Position numbers and translations under genes: made by a program. This document shows positions 25,074 through 38,479 of a DNA stretch of 64,000 bases, piece after piece. The notes below the pieces were generated by a model. The model saw only the letters and a program-made list of their open reading frames with translations, made no database searches and was not told where the DNA came from. Source of the stretch: Squalus acanthias (lineage: Eukaryota); NCBI GenBank assembly GCA_030390025.1, contig CM059431.1, positions 98,334,001 to 98,398,000 of the forward strand. Direction: 5' to 3'. The stretch's first letter is position 1. Each line of letters begins with the position of its first letter.

Positions 25074-26528
25074 TAAGAATATAAGAACATAAGAAATAGG
25101 AGCAGGAGTCGGCCATTCGGCCCCTCGAGCCTGCTCCGCCATTTAATAAGATCATGGCTGATCATCGACCTCAACTCCACTTTCCTGCCCGATCTCCATA
25201 TCCTTTGAATTCCCCAGAGTCCAAAAATCTATCGATCTCAGTCTTGAATATACTCAACGACTGAGTCTTCACAGCCCTCTGGGGTAGAGAATTCCAAAGA
25301 TTCACCACCCTCTGAGTGAAGAAATTCCTCCTCATCTCAGTCCTAAATGACTGACCCCTTATTCTGAGACTGTGACCCCTGGTTCTAGACTCCCCAGCCA
25401 GGGGAAACAACCTCTCAGCATCTACCCTGTCAATCCCCCTCAGAATCTTATGGGGGAAAAATTCAGTTGGTTGCGCCTCCCGTTAGCGCTTTAAGAGGGC
25501 GCTAATGGGGCGCAAAGCATCTAGCGCCCGGGCGCGGCGATGTTTGCGCCACTCGCGAAATTAACTAGACATTTTGCGGTGGTGCTAAACAGTACCGCCA
25601 CGATCTCCTGCGCCGGCAGATCGTGACGTCAGTCGAGTGCGCAACGCCCCGGTAGCGCCCCGGAGCGGATATTGAGTGGCGCCCCCTGCCTTACCGCCTG
25701 CCGCTAGCAACGACAGGTTGAGGGGAACGTTTTGCAGTCAGGAAGGGACTGGGGGAGCGCTATTTAAAGGCAAGAGCTTCCTGCCTTTTTTTGTTGGCGA
25801 CATTTTTGCACTACGCATTCTGAGAGAGAGAGAGAGAGAGACTTCTGGAGAGATTCAACGCTGTGTGAAGGAGTTTTGGGTACTGAGCAGCACTTTGCAG
25901 GTTAATTTTGATTTGCCCTTCCTTGTATGGATTTAGAAGAGACTGTGGGGGCTGCACTCTGAGCCCTTTCCCTGGGCCTCTCCATTGTTCTTTCCAGCAG
26001 ATTTGATGTATAGATCTCTCCAGGCCGAGATTCAAGGCTGCAATGAGCAGGATGTGGATGGAAAGCAAGATCAACCCTCCCCTTTAAGAACTGGCCGGGG
26101 CCATTGTGTGTGTGTTCCATTGCTGACTGACATCACATGAGCTTCGCCAGCGCTCTGAGTTAGCGCCTTGCTCCTCGGCCTTTGCGCCTTAAGACAGATG
26201 TGTAGCGCCTGATTTAGCGCTCCAATCACCTCCAGGGGCGATAAAAGTCAAGTTTGCAGTCGGAGGCGATAATTAGCGTCAGGCGCTAATCTTTGTGCCC
26301 GGCCGATAATTGCGCCCCAAACGGGGCGATACTGAATTTTTCCCCCTATATGTTTCAATGAGATCACCTCTCATTCTTCTAAACTCCAGAGAGTATAGGC
26401 CCAATCTACACAATCTCTCCTCATAGGACAGCCCTCTCATCCCAGGAATCAATCTAGTGAACCTTCGTTGCACCGCCTCCAAGGCAAGTATATCCTTCCT
26501 TAGGTAAGGAGACCAAAACTGTGCACAG
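25074..26528 (-). mobile_element. CR1 3' fragment split by a MITE
   Basis: ORF 26279-26482 (-) ...GDLIETY and ORF 25171-25410 (-) FPLAGESRTRGH...WNSLP. Tail (CATAAGAA)n at 25074-25097. Confidence 0.92.
25452..26346. mobile_element. MITE, PIF/Harbinger-type, 895 bp
   Basis: Perfect 16-bp TIR GGGGGAAAAATTCAGT / ACTGAATTTTTCCCCC, 3-bp TSD TAT, and repeated TAGCGC subterminal motifs. Confidence 0.92.
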
Positions 26529-26579
26529 TGGCGAAGGGCCTTTGCTCGCAGAACGTTCCTCCTGCTGCTGCCAGTTTCT

Positions 26580-27085
26580 GGTCTTGGGGAGGGTACAGAG
26601 GAGGTTTACCAGGATGTGACCAGGGACGAGGGACTTCAGTTATGAGGAGAGGTTGGAAAAGTTCAGACTGTTCTCCTTGGAACGGAAAAGGTTAAGAGCT
26701 GACCTAATAGAGGTTTTCAAGATGATGAGAGGTTTTGATCGAGTAGAGAGTGAAAAACTATTCCCTCTGGCGAGTGGGTCAATAACCAGAGGTCATAGAT
26801 TCAAAATCATTGGCAAAAGATCCAGAGGGGAGAGGAGGAGAATTTTTTCACTCCGAGAGTTGTGGGGATCGGGAACGCTCGACCTGGAAAGGTGGTGGAA
26901 GCTGATTCCATCAATAATTTTAAAAGGGAGTTGGACGGTTCTGGAGGATGAGCAACTCACAGGGTTACGGACAAACAGCGGGGGATGTGGGACTGAGCAC
27001 GACTGCTCGATCAAAGAGCCAGCACAGGCTCGACGGGCCGAATGGCCTCCTTCTGTGCTGTAAGTTTCTCTGATTCTATGATTCT
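26580..27085 (+). mobile_element. CR1 3' fragment
   Basis: LFSLERKRLRADLIEVFKMM...RGHRFK; tail TCTCTGATTCTATGATTCT. Confidence 0.9.
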
Positions 27086-27442
27086 GGGACAAACACCTCA
27101 CAAAGTAGAATTACACAAAGCAGACAAGCCGAGTCTTAGTGTTTACATCATACTCTTGGGTAATGTACTCAACATAAACACTGGCACAAGAAGGCACCCA
27201 AATCTTTCACAACTACTTTATAAACACCGGCTTTCTGTTTGACGCAGATACTTAGTTTAAATAAAGTTCACGCCAACGAGCAGACTGAAATGTAGGCCTG
27301 TGTTGATTATGTTGCTGCAGAATTCTGATGGTTTCATGGGAATGGTGTCCAAGATGATCAGCAGTGATTTTAATTGGATTAGATCTTTAAACCTATGATT
27401 TTGTTCTGATTTTGTTAGATTTTTCTATCATTTGATCATCGT

Positions 27443-27822
27443 ATGTGGGCGTCACTGGCAAGGCCAGCATTTATTGCCCATCCCTAGTTGCCCTTGAGAA
27501 GGTGGTGGTGAGCCGCCTTCTTGAACCGCTGCAGTCCGTGTGGTGAAGGTACTCCCACAGTGCTGTTAGGGAGGGAGTTCCAGGATTTTGACCCAGCGAC
27601 GATGAAGGAACGGCGATATATTTCCAAGTCAGGATGGTGTGTGACTTGGAGGGGAACTTGGAGGTGGTGGCGTTCCCATGCGCCTGCTGCCCTTGTCCTT
27701 CTAGGTGGTAGAGGTCGCGGGTTTGGGAGGTGCTGCTGAAGAAGCCTTAGCGAGTTGCTGCAGTGCATCTTGTAGATGGTACACACTGCAGCCACGGTGC
27801 ACCGGTGGTGGAGGGAGTGGGG
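27443..27822 (-). mobile_element. CR1/L2-group LINE 3' end (second family, ends HHHLLKGN); candidate partner of SINE family B
   Basis: ORF 27484-27933 (-): SLHHRCTVAAVCTIYKMH...SWNSLP...FKKAAHHHLLKGN, then the UTR CAATAAATGCTGGCCTTGCCAGTGACGCCCACAT. Confidence 0.85.
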
Positions 27823-28031
27823 TTGGATATTGAGTCCAGTGACAGGGGTGGGGGGGGGGTGGTGGTGGCCGATCAGTGGCCCACTGAGAATGCACAGCGG
27901 GAAATTGTGGGTTGGAATCCGAGCTGGGGGCACACATTCGGAAGACTGACTCTATCCCGTGTCAGCTTCGAGCTGTCCTCAGCTCTTGTGCTAACTTGCT
28001 TCTGGTTTGCTGTTGATTTTCTTTAACTATT

Positions 28032-28530
28032 GGGGGATGAGGTGCTTGAGTGGATTAGCACAAAGGCCCCTCATTTCTGGGACTTGGTTTAAAACCAGTC
28101 CTGGATACTGAAAAAAGACTTGCCTTTATATAACCCCTTTCACAATCTCAGGACATCCCAAAGCACTTCACAGCCAATGAAGCATAGTCACTGTTGTATT
28201 GTAGGGAAGCGCGGCAGATAACTTACGCACAGCAAGCTCCCACAAACAGCAATGTGTTAATGACCAGATAATCTGTTTGTAATGTTAGTGATGTTGGTTA
28301 TGTGATGGTGGGCAGATCCGGTGTCGTTGAGAGGCCTGAGGGAAATGAGCTTGGGCAGGCTGAAATTCAATACCTAGTGGGAATCACACAAACTGTCTCC
28401 AATGAATTCAATGACGGTCTCACTGAGAGAGGCCACAAGGTTGGTTTGTGTGAGAAATGCACAGCGAGTGGCCTACTGAGGTTGAGGTTAAGGTGCACTG
28501 TTGAAGAGAAAAGCCTAACTCTGGAATTGG
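28032..28530 (+). mobile_element. Old tRNA-SINE relic resembling LF-SINE, interrupted by a SINE A tail fragment (28110-28300, minus)
   Basis: Degenerate tRNA-like head, then GGCCTGAGGGAAATGAGC, CCTAGTGG and GTCTCACTGAGAGAGGCCA in the order I recall for LF-SINE. Not verified by alignment. Confidence 0.5.
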
Positions 28531-28560
28531 CCCTTTCCGTAAGTTGGTCTGGTCGACACT

Positions 28561-29182
28561 GAGGGTCAAGTTTCTGATTTTTATCGCTAGTTTTATCACC
28601 GCAATCCTGCCAGGATCGGCCGAACCAGAGCAAAAGATCGGGGAATTTTAAACGTAAGTGATTTACGCCTCAAACCACCCACGCTTGTGTTTTCCGCCAG
28701 TTCAAGATTCAATTGGCTGGGATCAGGCCCCGCCCACACTACTGGCCATGCCCCCAGGTCGATGTTGTGAGATTGCGTTGGTTCGGGACGGCTCTTCAAA
28801 TTACACTCACTCTCTTACAGGCGCACTGACACTAGTCGGCACGTTTTAAAAGCTTCTTCATATCAAAAAATATTTAATTTACTAAGAAACTGACTGGTGT
28901 ACACCAGTGAACCTATTAAACGGTTCAGTATTGTTTTGAAAGTCACAGGTGGTGGACTGGACACTCTGATTAAAAATGCTTATTTTTGGTGATAAACCCA
29001 TTTTCAGCGGCGTTAATCAAACTGCCCCAGGTTACCGTGCTGAAATATATCAGGGAATACTTTTTAATGGCAAGAGAAAGAAAGAAATGATTCCGTTCTG
29101 TCACGCTGCTCGATTGCGCCGGTTCGTGGATGATTTTACGTTTGTGATTATGCAAATGAATTTCAGCAGAAACTTGAAGCCC
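28561..29182. mobile_element. Degenerate MITE
   Basis: Imperfect TIRs GAGGGTCAAGTTTCTG / CAGAAACTTGAAGCCC with CpG-rich arms; TSD unclear. Confidence 0.5.
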
Positions 29183-29249
29183 GACCGAACCAACGCAATT
29201 TCAAGCGCATTTTGGGCACAATGTCCCGAATGCTGCAATGGCAGAGTGA

Positions 29250-30395
29250 GGGGATCTATTACATCTACCTGAGAGGGCAGATGGGGCCTCGGTTTAATGT
29301 CTCATCGAAATAACGGCACCACTGACAGTGCGGCGCTCCCTCAGTACTGCCCCTCCGACAGTGCAGCGCTCCCTCAGTATTGCCCCTCCGACAGTGCGGC
29401 GCTCCCTCAGTACTGCCCCTCCGACAGTGCGGCGCTCCCTCAGTACTGCCCCTCCAACAGTGCGGCGCTCCCTCAGTACTGCCCCTCCGACAGTACGGCG
29501 CTCCCTCAGTACTGCCTCTCCGACAGTGCGGCGCTCCCTCAGTACTGCCCCTCTGACAGTGCAGCACTCCCTCAGTACTGCCCGTCCGACAGTGCAGCGC
29601 TCCCTCAGTACTGCCCCTCCGACAATGCAGCTCTCCCTCAGTACTGCCCCTCTGACAGTGCAGCACTCCCTCAGTACTGCCCCTCCGACAGTGCAGCACT
29701 CCCTCAGTACTGCCCCTCCGACAGTGCAGCACTCCCTCAGTACTGTCCCTCCGACAGTGCAGCGCTCCCTCAGTACTGCCCCTCCGACAGTGCAACGCTC
29801 CCTCAGTACTTCCCCTCCAACAGTGCAGCGCTCCCTCAGTACTGTCTCTCCGACAGTGCAGCGCACCCTCAGTACTGCCCCTCCGACAGTGCAGCACTCC
29901 CTCAGTATTGCCCCTCCGACAGTGCAGCGCTCCTTTAGTACTGTCCCTCCGACAGTGCAGCGCTCCCTCAGTACTGACCCTCCGACAGTGCGGCGCTCCC
30001 TCAGTACTGCCCCTCCGACAGTGCAGCACTCCCTCAGTACTGACCCTCCGATAGTGCAGCACTCCCTCAGTACTGCCCCTCCGACAGTGCAGCACTCCCT
30101 CAGTACTGCCCCTCCGACAGTGCAGCGCTTCCTCAGTACTGCCCCTCCGACAGTGCAGCTCTCCCTCAGTACTGTCCCTCCGACAGTGCAGCACTCCCTC
30201 AGTACTGCCCCTCCGACAGTGCAGCGCACCCTCAGTACTGCCCCTCCGACAGTGCAGCACTCCCTCAGTACTGCCCCTCCGACAGTGCAGCGCTCCCTCA
30301 GTACTGCCCCTCCGACAGTGCAGCACTCCCTCAGTACTGCACTGGGAGTGTCAGCTTAGATTTTGTGCTCAAGTCTCTGGAGTGGGACTTGAACC
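29250..30395 (-). mobile_element. SINE family A, partial, with 33-bp array (29322-30340, about 31 units)
   Basis: B box at about 30385-30395, then the array and the start of the Deu body. Confidence 0.92.
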
Positions 30396-30397
30396 GA

Positions 30398-30712
30398 CTA
30401 GGGTAGAAAGAGAGAAACTATTTCCTCTGGTGGGGGGAGTCCAGAACAAGGGGGCACAACCTTAAAATTAGAGCCAGGCCGTTCAGGGGTGATGTCAGGA
30501 AGCACTTCTTCACACAAAGGGTAGTGGAAATCTGGAAAACTCTCCCCCAAAAAGCTGTTGAGGCTGGGGGTCAATTGAAAAGTTCATACCTGATGTCGAT
30601 AATTTTTTGTTGGTTAAGGGTATGAAAGGTTACGCAACCAAGGCGGGTAGATGGAGTAAAGCTACAGATCAGCCAATGGCGGAACAGGCTTGTGGGGCTG
30701 AATGGCCTCCTG
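30398..30712 (+). mobile_element. CR1 3' fragment
   Basis: Highly similar to 52695-53082 and 35300-35800. Confidence 0.88.
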
Positions 30713-31559
30713 CAGACCTCCCGAGAGGTGATTATGTTTGTGCGCTGGATCTGACAGAGAGTTACAGAGCCATTGTACTGGCTGCTGCTCCGATGGTTTG
30801 AGTTGCGCTGCCCACTGTTTGTGGAGGCAGAGTTGGTTCAAGTGAAGCGTTCCAACATGTTTGTCATAATCTACAAAATCTGCAGTGCAAACAGGAGTTG
30901 CTGGTGATTTCAGTCCGCTGCTTCTGACTGCTCAGGTTATAAGGCACCGAAAACTCCACACTGACTGCCAGTAAGAACATTAAATTTACCATGACGTGAT
31001 AATTCTCAACTCTGGCAGAGAATTGGTGGAAAATAGTTCCACGCTTGTTATCCTTTTCAAATATATCCCACTCGCAGAAAGAAATGCTGCAAATAGCAAT
31101 TCACAGCTTCCATATAAGGCTGTGGTAACAGATCACAGACTTTACTGAACTATCGGTAATACCAAGTGCCCAGACAGGTGAATAATGTTTTACGCAGCAC
31201 CCTGTGACTCAACAACTGCTAAAGGCTAAAACAGAAATTATGATTTCGGGTTTAAGTCTGGCTTGGCAGCTTCCAACAGAGCTGTGCAAAAACTGAGGAA
31301 ATCTTATGGCAGTGAGACTGTTGCTGGGTCTAGAATTCTAACAGTGCCATACATGCCCTGCTGATCGAGCAGACTGTACGTACCCTGCTACCATCTCAGA
31401 GCAATCCCGTGGCAGCTGTACCTCATTCTGCACATGGGTCCTGCCAGGTACGCTGTTCTCAGTTAGTCCTGTACATTCCTTTGTCCTTAGGCAGCAGTTA
31501 GTAGCTGCCATGTGCAGCTAAACTGCACGTGTTTAGCACTGGTGTGTGCTAACCTTTTA

Positions 31560-32362
31560 GAGAAAGAATGAACTTGCATTTCTATAGCGCCTTTCATAAC
31601 CTTAGGACATCCCAAAGCGCTTTACAGCCAATGAAGTACTTTGGAAGTGTAGTCGCTGTTGTAATGGGGGAAACACAGCAGTCAATTTGTGCACAGCAAG
31701 CTCCCACAACCAGCAATGTGATAATGACCGGATAAACTGTTTTAGGAATGTTGGTTGAGGGATAAATATTGTCCAGAACACCAGGGAGAACTCCCCTGAT
31801 CTTCTTCAAAATAGTGGCCATGGGATCTTTGACATTCACCTGAGAGAGCAGATGGGGCCTCGGTTTAACGTCTCATCTGAAAGACGGCACCTCCGACAGT
31901 GCGGCACTCCCTCAGTACTGCCCCTCAGACAGTGCAGCACTCCCTCAGTACTGCCCCTCCGACAGTGCAGCACTCCCTCAGTACTGCCCCTCCGACAGTG
32001 CGGCGCTCCCTCAGTACTTCCCCTCCGACAGTGCGGCGCTCCCTCAGTACTGCCCCTCCGACAGTGCAGCGCTCCCTCAGTACTGCCCCTCCGACAGTGC
32101 GGGGCTCCCTCAGTACTGCCCCTCTGACAGTGCAGCGCTCCCTCAGTACTGCCCCTCTGACAGTGCAGCGCTCCCTCAGTACTACCCCTCTGACAGTGCA
32201 GCGCTCCCTCAGTACTGCCCCTCCGACAGTGCAGCGCTCCCTCAGTACTGCACTGGGAGTGTCAACCTAGATTTTTGTTGCCAAGTCTCTGGAGTGGGAC
32301 TTGAACCCACAACCTTCTGACTCCGAGGTGAGAGTGCTGCCCACTGAGCCACAGCTGACACA
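31560..32362 (-). mobile_element. SINE family A, full length, with 33-bp array (31890-32251, about 11 units)
   Basis: Head, array, body and tail all present. Confidence 0.93.
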
Positions 32363-33369
32363 AGAACTGATGCATAGTTTATGCTAGGGCAAGGATTGCC
32401 TCAGTTCACTATTACACACACATACACGCAAAGGGAATTTTTACTCAGTGGGAGCACTGTTGGAAGAGTTGGGCGTGGCTGTAAAAATTCCCAAATCCGC
32501 AGCACTCCCGATTCTCTGGTCATTAACTGTAATCGCTGCCCTGGAGTCTCGGAATATTTACCCCCGCTGTGTGTAAATCACCTGGAAAGATCCAGAAATT
32601 CTCATTTGGTTTTATAATAAAACGGCAGTTTGTGCCGTGATGCTTTGCTGAAGGGGGAAGGAAAACCCACACAGTATTCCACAAGTTGTGGGAAATTTAT
32701 GGTTTGTGATTTATCTTCAGCAAAGCCTTTTGTTGCTGTTAACGTTTGCCTGTTGAGCTGGCTGCACAACAGAGGCAGCTGTTTGAACAGGTCAGATCAC
32801 AACTGGATAATGTAAAAATACAGCATTGTTCAACACACAGATACTCTCCTGTCACAGTCTGCGTTCCAACGCCTGAAACAAAGGTTTAAATGCAGAACAA
32901 ATGGGCACCCAGCGAGCTTAGATAGGGAAGTTCGGTTAGTATTTGTGTGTTATACCTCGACACATTAAAGGATTGAGCCCTGTCGCGTGCTAGATGCTTT
33001 CTGATTGGGTTATTTAAGATTCCCGTACTAAATTCGGATCCACACTATAGTTAGTCCTGGTTATGAGCTTGTCCTTACATTTAATCCACATTTTAGGGAC
33101 GGCCGATTGTAAAAGGGTCTTTTCTTGAGTCATCGAGCAGGACCCCAACCTCTCCACTGAAGTGCCACAGACTCCGACGAAATTCAGTGAATCCATTCTA
33201 AAAATGGAGGACTAAAAAATAGTGTGGGGATGGTTTGAAGAAAAGATTCACAAACCAAACCGAAATGGTTCTCTTCCGTAAGCATTTGCACCGCTCTAAC
33301 TTTGGCAGCGTCCCCGTTGCTGCCCCAAGGTAATTGCCGGTGTTGGAGGACTGATTCACACAGACAGGA

Positions 33370-33720
33370 TCTTGGCTGATCTTCTACCTCATCTCCACTT
33401 TCCTGCACTATCCCCGTATCCCTTAATTCCCTCAATATCCAAAATTCTATTGACCTCTGTCTTGAATATACTCAACAACTGAGCCTCCGCAGCCCTCTGG
33501 GGTAGAGAATTCCAAAGATTCACCACCCTCTGCGTGAAGAAATTTCTCCTCATCTCAGTCCTAAATGGCCTTATCCTGAGACCATGACCCTCCTAGTTCT
33601 AAACTCCCCAGCCAGGGGAAAACATCCTCTCTGCATCGACCCTGTCAAGCCCTCTAAGAATTTTATATGTTTCAATGAGATCACCTCTCATTCTTCTAAA
33701 CTCTAGAGAGTAGAGGCCCT
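33370..33720 (-). mobile_element. CR1 3' fragment, followed by a short L2 3' relic (to about 33850, plus strand)
   Basis: Reverse complement of the segment at about 17560-17910. Confidence 0.87.
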
Positions 33721-34609
33721 CCTATATTCACCTCTCTCCTTTCTCCCCACCTGTGACTTCAGCAGCACTGGTCCCTTCCTCTTAAAAAGCCTTATAAAAA
33801 GCCTTCTCAAAACCCATCTCTTCGACCAGTCTTTCACTCGCCCCTCCTAATCTCCCTGGTCCACCCTCCATCTTCCTTGCGCTTGTTCACAAACAGGCTC
33901 TCGGCACCAGTCACTGCTCTGTGGATCTCCTCCTGCAGTCTCTGAGCGCTGAGCTGTTTAAGCAGTCTCTTGTTTTGAGAGAGACCAATGCAGGAAATGT
34001 TCTCAGTTTGACCAGTTTTATTTAATGTTGCCCATCTCCGCAGGGCACCAACATTAACTAAGGAACTGATGGCTTTAGAGAAGCTTTCTGAGGTTTAACG
34101 CGCTCATGACGAATTTACCTGTATATTGGAATAAATTAAGTGACAGATTTACCTGTGATTTGAATAAGTTCATCCCAGATCATTTCTTTCTTTAATCTGA
34201 ATAAATTAAATATACTAAAAGATTTCTGTGACAGGAATTCTTTTTAACCTTTTCCCCCATCACCAAATATCCTCAGGAGATGGAGCTTTGTTGTTTTTGT
34301 CTCAAAGATTTGCTTCTTGCTGGAAACATAAGGGGAACAAACAGCAGAAGTTTCCGGCTCCACCAGTGCGGAGAAAAGTATTACATTAAAGAAACACGCA
34401 GTGCGAGTCCGCCCGGCCAGAACAGATGTATGAAAGGTGACCTGCTGCTTGACCACTCGTGTAAGGGTGACAGGAGACAGACTCACGCCACCACGTGGCC
34501 CTGGCAGCCTGATCCGGGTCTAATTAGACTGCTCCGTGAATCCAAAATGCCCAGAGATCGCTGATATTGTTTAATCGCAGAACATTCAGGGTCTTATAAC
34601 AAATATATA

Positions 34610-34960
34610 AATCCGATAGGGAATTCAGGAGAAACCTCTTTACCCAGAGAGTGGTGAGAATGTGGAACTCGCTCCCACAGGGAGTGGTTGAGGAGAATAG
34701 CAGAGATACATTTAAGGGGAAGCTGGATAAACACATGAGGGAGAAAGGAATAGAAGGGTATGTTGATGGGGTGAGATGAAGAGGGGTGGAAGGAGGCTGG
34801 TGTGGAGCAGAAACACCGGCACGGACCAGTTAGGCCGAATGGCCTGTTTCTGTGCTGTAGATTCTGTGTAACTCGATGTAACATGGAGAAAGCAAAGAGT
34901 TAGCACAGGCACCATGGGCTAAATGGTCTCCTTCTGTGCTGTAACCTTCTTTGGTTCTAC
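34610..34960 (+). mobile_element. CR1 3' UTR fragments (two tails in tandem)
   Basis: GGAATTCAGGAGAAACC...TGTGCTGTAGATTCTGTGTAA, then a second GGGCTAAATGGTCTCCTTCTGTGCTGTAA. Confidence 0.82.
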
Positions 34961-35299
34961 AAGGTCTGGGTACATTGGGGGTGAAATTCTATCTTGGGGG
35001 TGTTGCAAAGCGGACGATAACGAATCGACTGCCCGTCTCACATATTGACAGGGAACAGAAAGTTAAGAGGGGGTGAAAGTGGTTTACAGCGATAGCGCAA
35101 AGTGGCGAGAGCAAATCAGCAGACCCTTTACACCAAGCCCAATCTGGTTCCACCTTGTAGGAGATATTTTTTATATCTTAGAGCATTGGGCTTCCCAAAA
35201 ACACATTAGTCTAGAAACTCTTGCTTGCTCTGTTTTGTTGTGAAGTGTCCTTTAACCAGAGCCAATTATCCGTTGTACACTCACGCCGGGAGCCTCACC

Positions 35300-35800
35300 T
35301 TCTGGCAGTGTGACATATGGGCCTTGGAGGTGGGGCAACGCAGATTCACCAGAATGATACCAGCACTAAAAGGGTTCAATTATGAGGTCACAGACAAGGC
35401 TTGTATTACCTCGAGTGTGGAAGATTAAGGGGGGGGCGGGGGTCTAATTGAGGTGTTTAAGATGATTAAAGGATTTGATAGGTTACATAGAGAGAGAGAA
35501 ACTATTTCTTCTGGTCGGGGGGGGGGGGGCGGTCCAGAACAAGGGGGCATCACCTTAAAATTAGAGCCAGGCCGTTCAGGGGTGATGTCAGGAAGCACTT
35601 CTTCACACAAAGGGTGGTGGAAATCTGGAACTCTCTCCCCCAAAAAGCTGTTGAGGCTGGGGGTCAATTGGAGCTTTCAAGACTGAGAGCGATGGATTTT
35701 TGTTGGGTAAGGGTTTAAGGGCTACGGAACCAAGGCGGGTAAATGGAGTTAAGGAACAGGCTCGAGGGCCTGAATGGCCTCCTCCTGTTCCGATGTTCCT
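35300..35800 (+). mobile_element. CR1 3' fragment
   Basis: ALEVGQRRFTRMIP and FKMIKGFDR; tail TGTTCCGATGTTCCT. Confidence 0.88.
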
Positions 35801-36402
35801 GTGTGACGCGTGGTGAACGAGTGAAACGTCCCACTGTATCACATCCTCGGGAAACCCAGCCCCTAGTCTGGACAAAGTGAATTAATTTCATGATGAAAAG
35901 CGTCATGCATCTAAATTTGAAAACTCACTCAAACTCCTTAACTCGGGAGGCACTGATCAGTTGGTTCTGTTTCAAACAGATGTGATTTGTAGCTGGGATG
36001 GCAGATGATTTTCTCTGATTTTTACAGTGTAATTACACTCCAAGGATTGAAGAATTGCAATTCCATGTGATATCTGTTAGTTATTTCTTTGAAACTGATT
36101 CTCATAAGATCTGCTGTGGAATTTGGCAGTCCGTCCCTCAGACAACATCTTCATAACCTTCTCTCCACTCAGGGACCGCGTCAACCTCACAGATTCCAGA
36201 TTCCTTTCCTTCCCCATATTCCCAGTCACTCCTGCCTGGATAAGTTTTTGAAAAGTTGAGGTTGCCAGTTGTAATTGTCCGATTTTTTTACGTGGCAGCG
36301 CAATATTTTCAAAAATATATCCTGTCGGCTCTTGAATGAAAACAAATCTTCCTTCGGAAGGTTTCCTCTCAGGCGGTGTCCAACACATGACTTTCGAAAT
36401 TT

Positions 36403-36685
36403 CAACAACAACAACTTGCCTTTATACAGCGCCTTTATCGTAGTAAAACGTCCCAAGGCGCTTCACAGGAGCGATTATCAAACAAAATTTGACACTGAGC
36501 CACATAAGGAGATATTAGGACAGGAAAGAGGTCGGTTTTAAGGAGTGTCTTAAAGGAGGAGAGAGAGGTAGCGAGGCGGAGAGGTTTAGGGAGGGAATTC
36601 CAGAGCTTGGGGCCCAGGCAGCTGAAGGCACGGCCACCAATGGTGGAGAGATGGAAATCGGGGATGCGCAAAAGGCCAGAAGATC
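36403..36685 (-). mobile_element. L2 LINE 3' fragment
   Basis: GGRAFSCLGPKLWNSLPKPLR; (CAA)n tail on the plus strand. Confidence 0.9.
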
Positions 36686-37370
36686 AGGGGAGGAGGGGAA
36701 GGGAGAAAATTCTGGACAAAGAGAAAATGTAAAATATTGTGCAGCACAAGATTTGTGATATTTGGAAAAAAAGAAACATTTTTTTTTATATAAAGTGGAC
36801 CCTTTAGGAAGGGATGGTTCCTTAATCCTTACTCAGATTCTTCCTTTGCCATGGAACATCTGAAATAGAAGCACTGTTGAGTTCTTCCTCCTCCCTTTTC
36901 ACACTCGCTCCTCTCCACGTGGCCTGATCCAACTGACAAAACAAGAGAACAGCTGCAGCCTTTGTCCCTGACCCTCGGATACCAGCCCCTCTCCGGGGGC
37001 TGAGTACAGTCTTTAAACTGGGAGAGGAAAGAGCAGTTTTCCCCTGAAAGATTGGCCAAAGTATCCCGCTAGATAATGTCCTTTCCTGCGGAGTCCGAAC
37101 GTTTTGCCTTTCCTGGGGTACTTTCCAGTTTAGTGCTCATTACTCAAATGTGACATGGCTGTAAAAGCACTGATAACCAGAGCGGGCCAGCAGCTCTTGG
37201 ACTGTAGCTGAGGAACACGTGGACTGTTGGAAAGATCTGGTGGTGCTCTTATGGGGTGGGTGGTTAATGAGTACTTTCCAAGCTTGCGTTCCCACAGCTG
37301 GTCTGCAGTAATGAGGTAACGCTTGATATCAGAGCTGGTTTAATAAGTATCCTTCTTGTGCCTGCGCCTA

Positions 37371-38305
37371 ATGTCAGCCGTGGCTCAGTGGGCAGCACTC
37401 TCGTTTCTGAGTCAGAACATCGTGTGTTCAAGTCCCCACTCCAGAGACTTGAGTCCATATTCCAGGCTGATACTCCCAGTGCAGTACTGGGGGAGCGCCG
37501 CACTGTGGGAGGGGCAGTACTGAGGGAGCGCCGCACTGTCGGAGGGGCAGTACTGAGGGAGCGCCGCACTGTGGGAGGGGCAGTACTGAGGGAGCGCCGC
37601 ACTGTCGGAGGGGCAGTACTGAGGGAGCGCCGCACTGTCGGAGGGGCAGTACTGAGGGAGCGCCGCACTGTGGGAGGGGCAGTACTGAGGGAGCGCCGCA
37701 CTGTGGGAGGGGCAGTACTGAGGGAGCGCCGCACTGTGGGAGGGGCAGTACTGAGGGAGCGCCGCACAGTGGGAGGGGCAGTACTGAGGGAGCGCCGCAC
37801 TGTCGGAGGGACAGTACTGAGGGAGCGCTGCACTGTCGGAGGGGCAGTACTGAGGGAGCGCTGCACTGTCGGAGGGGCAGTACTGAGGGAGCGCTGCACT
37901 GTCGGAGGGGCAGTACTGAGGGAGCGCCGCACTGTCGGAGGGGCAGTACTGAGGGAGTGCTGCACTGTCGGAGGTGCCGTCTTTCGGATAAGACGTTAAA
38001 CCGAGGCCCGTCTGCCCTCTCAGTTGGGGGTAAAAGATCCCATGGCACTATTTCGAAGAAGAGCAGGAGAGTTCTCCCCAGTATCCTGGGGCCAATATTT
38101 ATCCCTCAACCAACATCACTAAAACAGATGGTCTGGTTATTATCACGTTGCTGTTTGTGGGAGCTTGCTGTGCGCAAATTGGCTGCCATGTTTCCTACAT
38201 TACAACAGTGACCGCACTTCAAAAAGTACTTTATTGGCTGTAAAGCACTTTGGGACGTCTGGAGGTGGTGAAAGGCGCTGGAGAAATGGCAGTACTTTTT
38301 CTTTC
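37371..38305 (+). mobile_element. SINE family A (tRNA head + Deu domain + L2-like tail), full length, with 33-bp array (37481-37974, about 15 units)
   Basis: A box TGGCTCAGTGG, B box GTTCAAGTCC, array, GGTGCCGTCTTTCGGATAAGACGTTAAACCGAGG...AAAGATCCCATGGCAC (Deu-domain-like), tail. Confidence 0.93.
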
Positions 38306-38479
38306 ACAGACAGTTTTTGCAAAGAGCTCAAAATGATTCTGTGTGATATCAGTAATGAAAGTGTTAACATGCAAACAAATTAACACTTACATTAAAACCA
38401 CAGACGAGGGTTTTGGTGCTAACCCTTTAGCAAGTTCCTCACTAATATTGCGCAGGATTTTTTATATTTGTTCTCAGCA

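Noticed and set aside
29265..30359. Long periodic ORFs (HCRRGSTEGAL, STAPPTVQRSL) as zinc-finger or mucin genes
   Set aside because: Open in several frames on both strands only because the unit is 33 bp.
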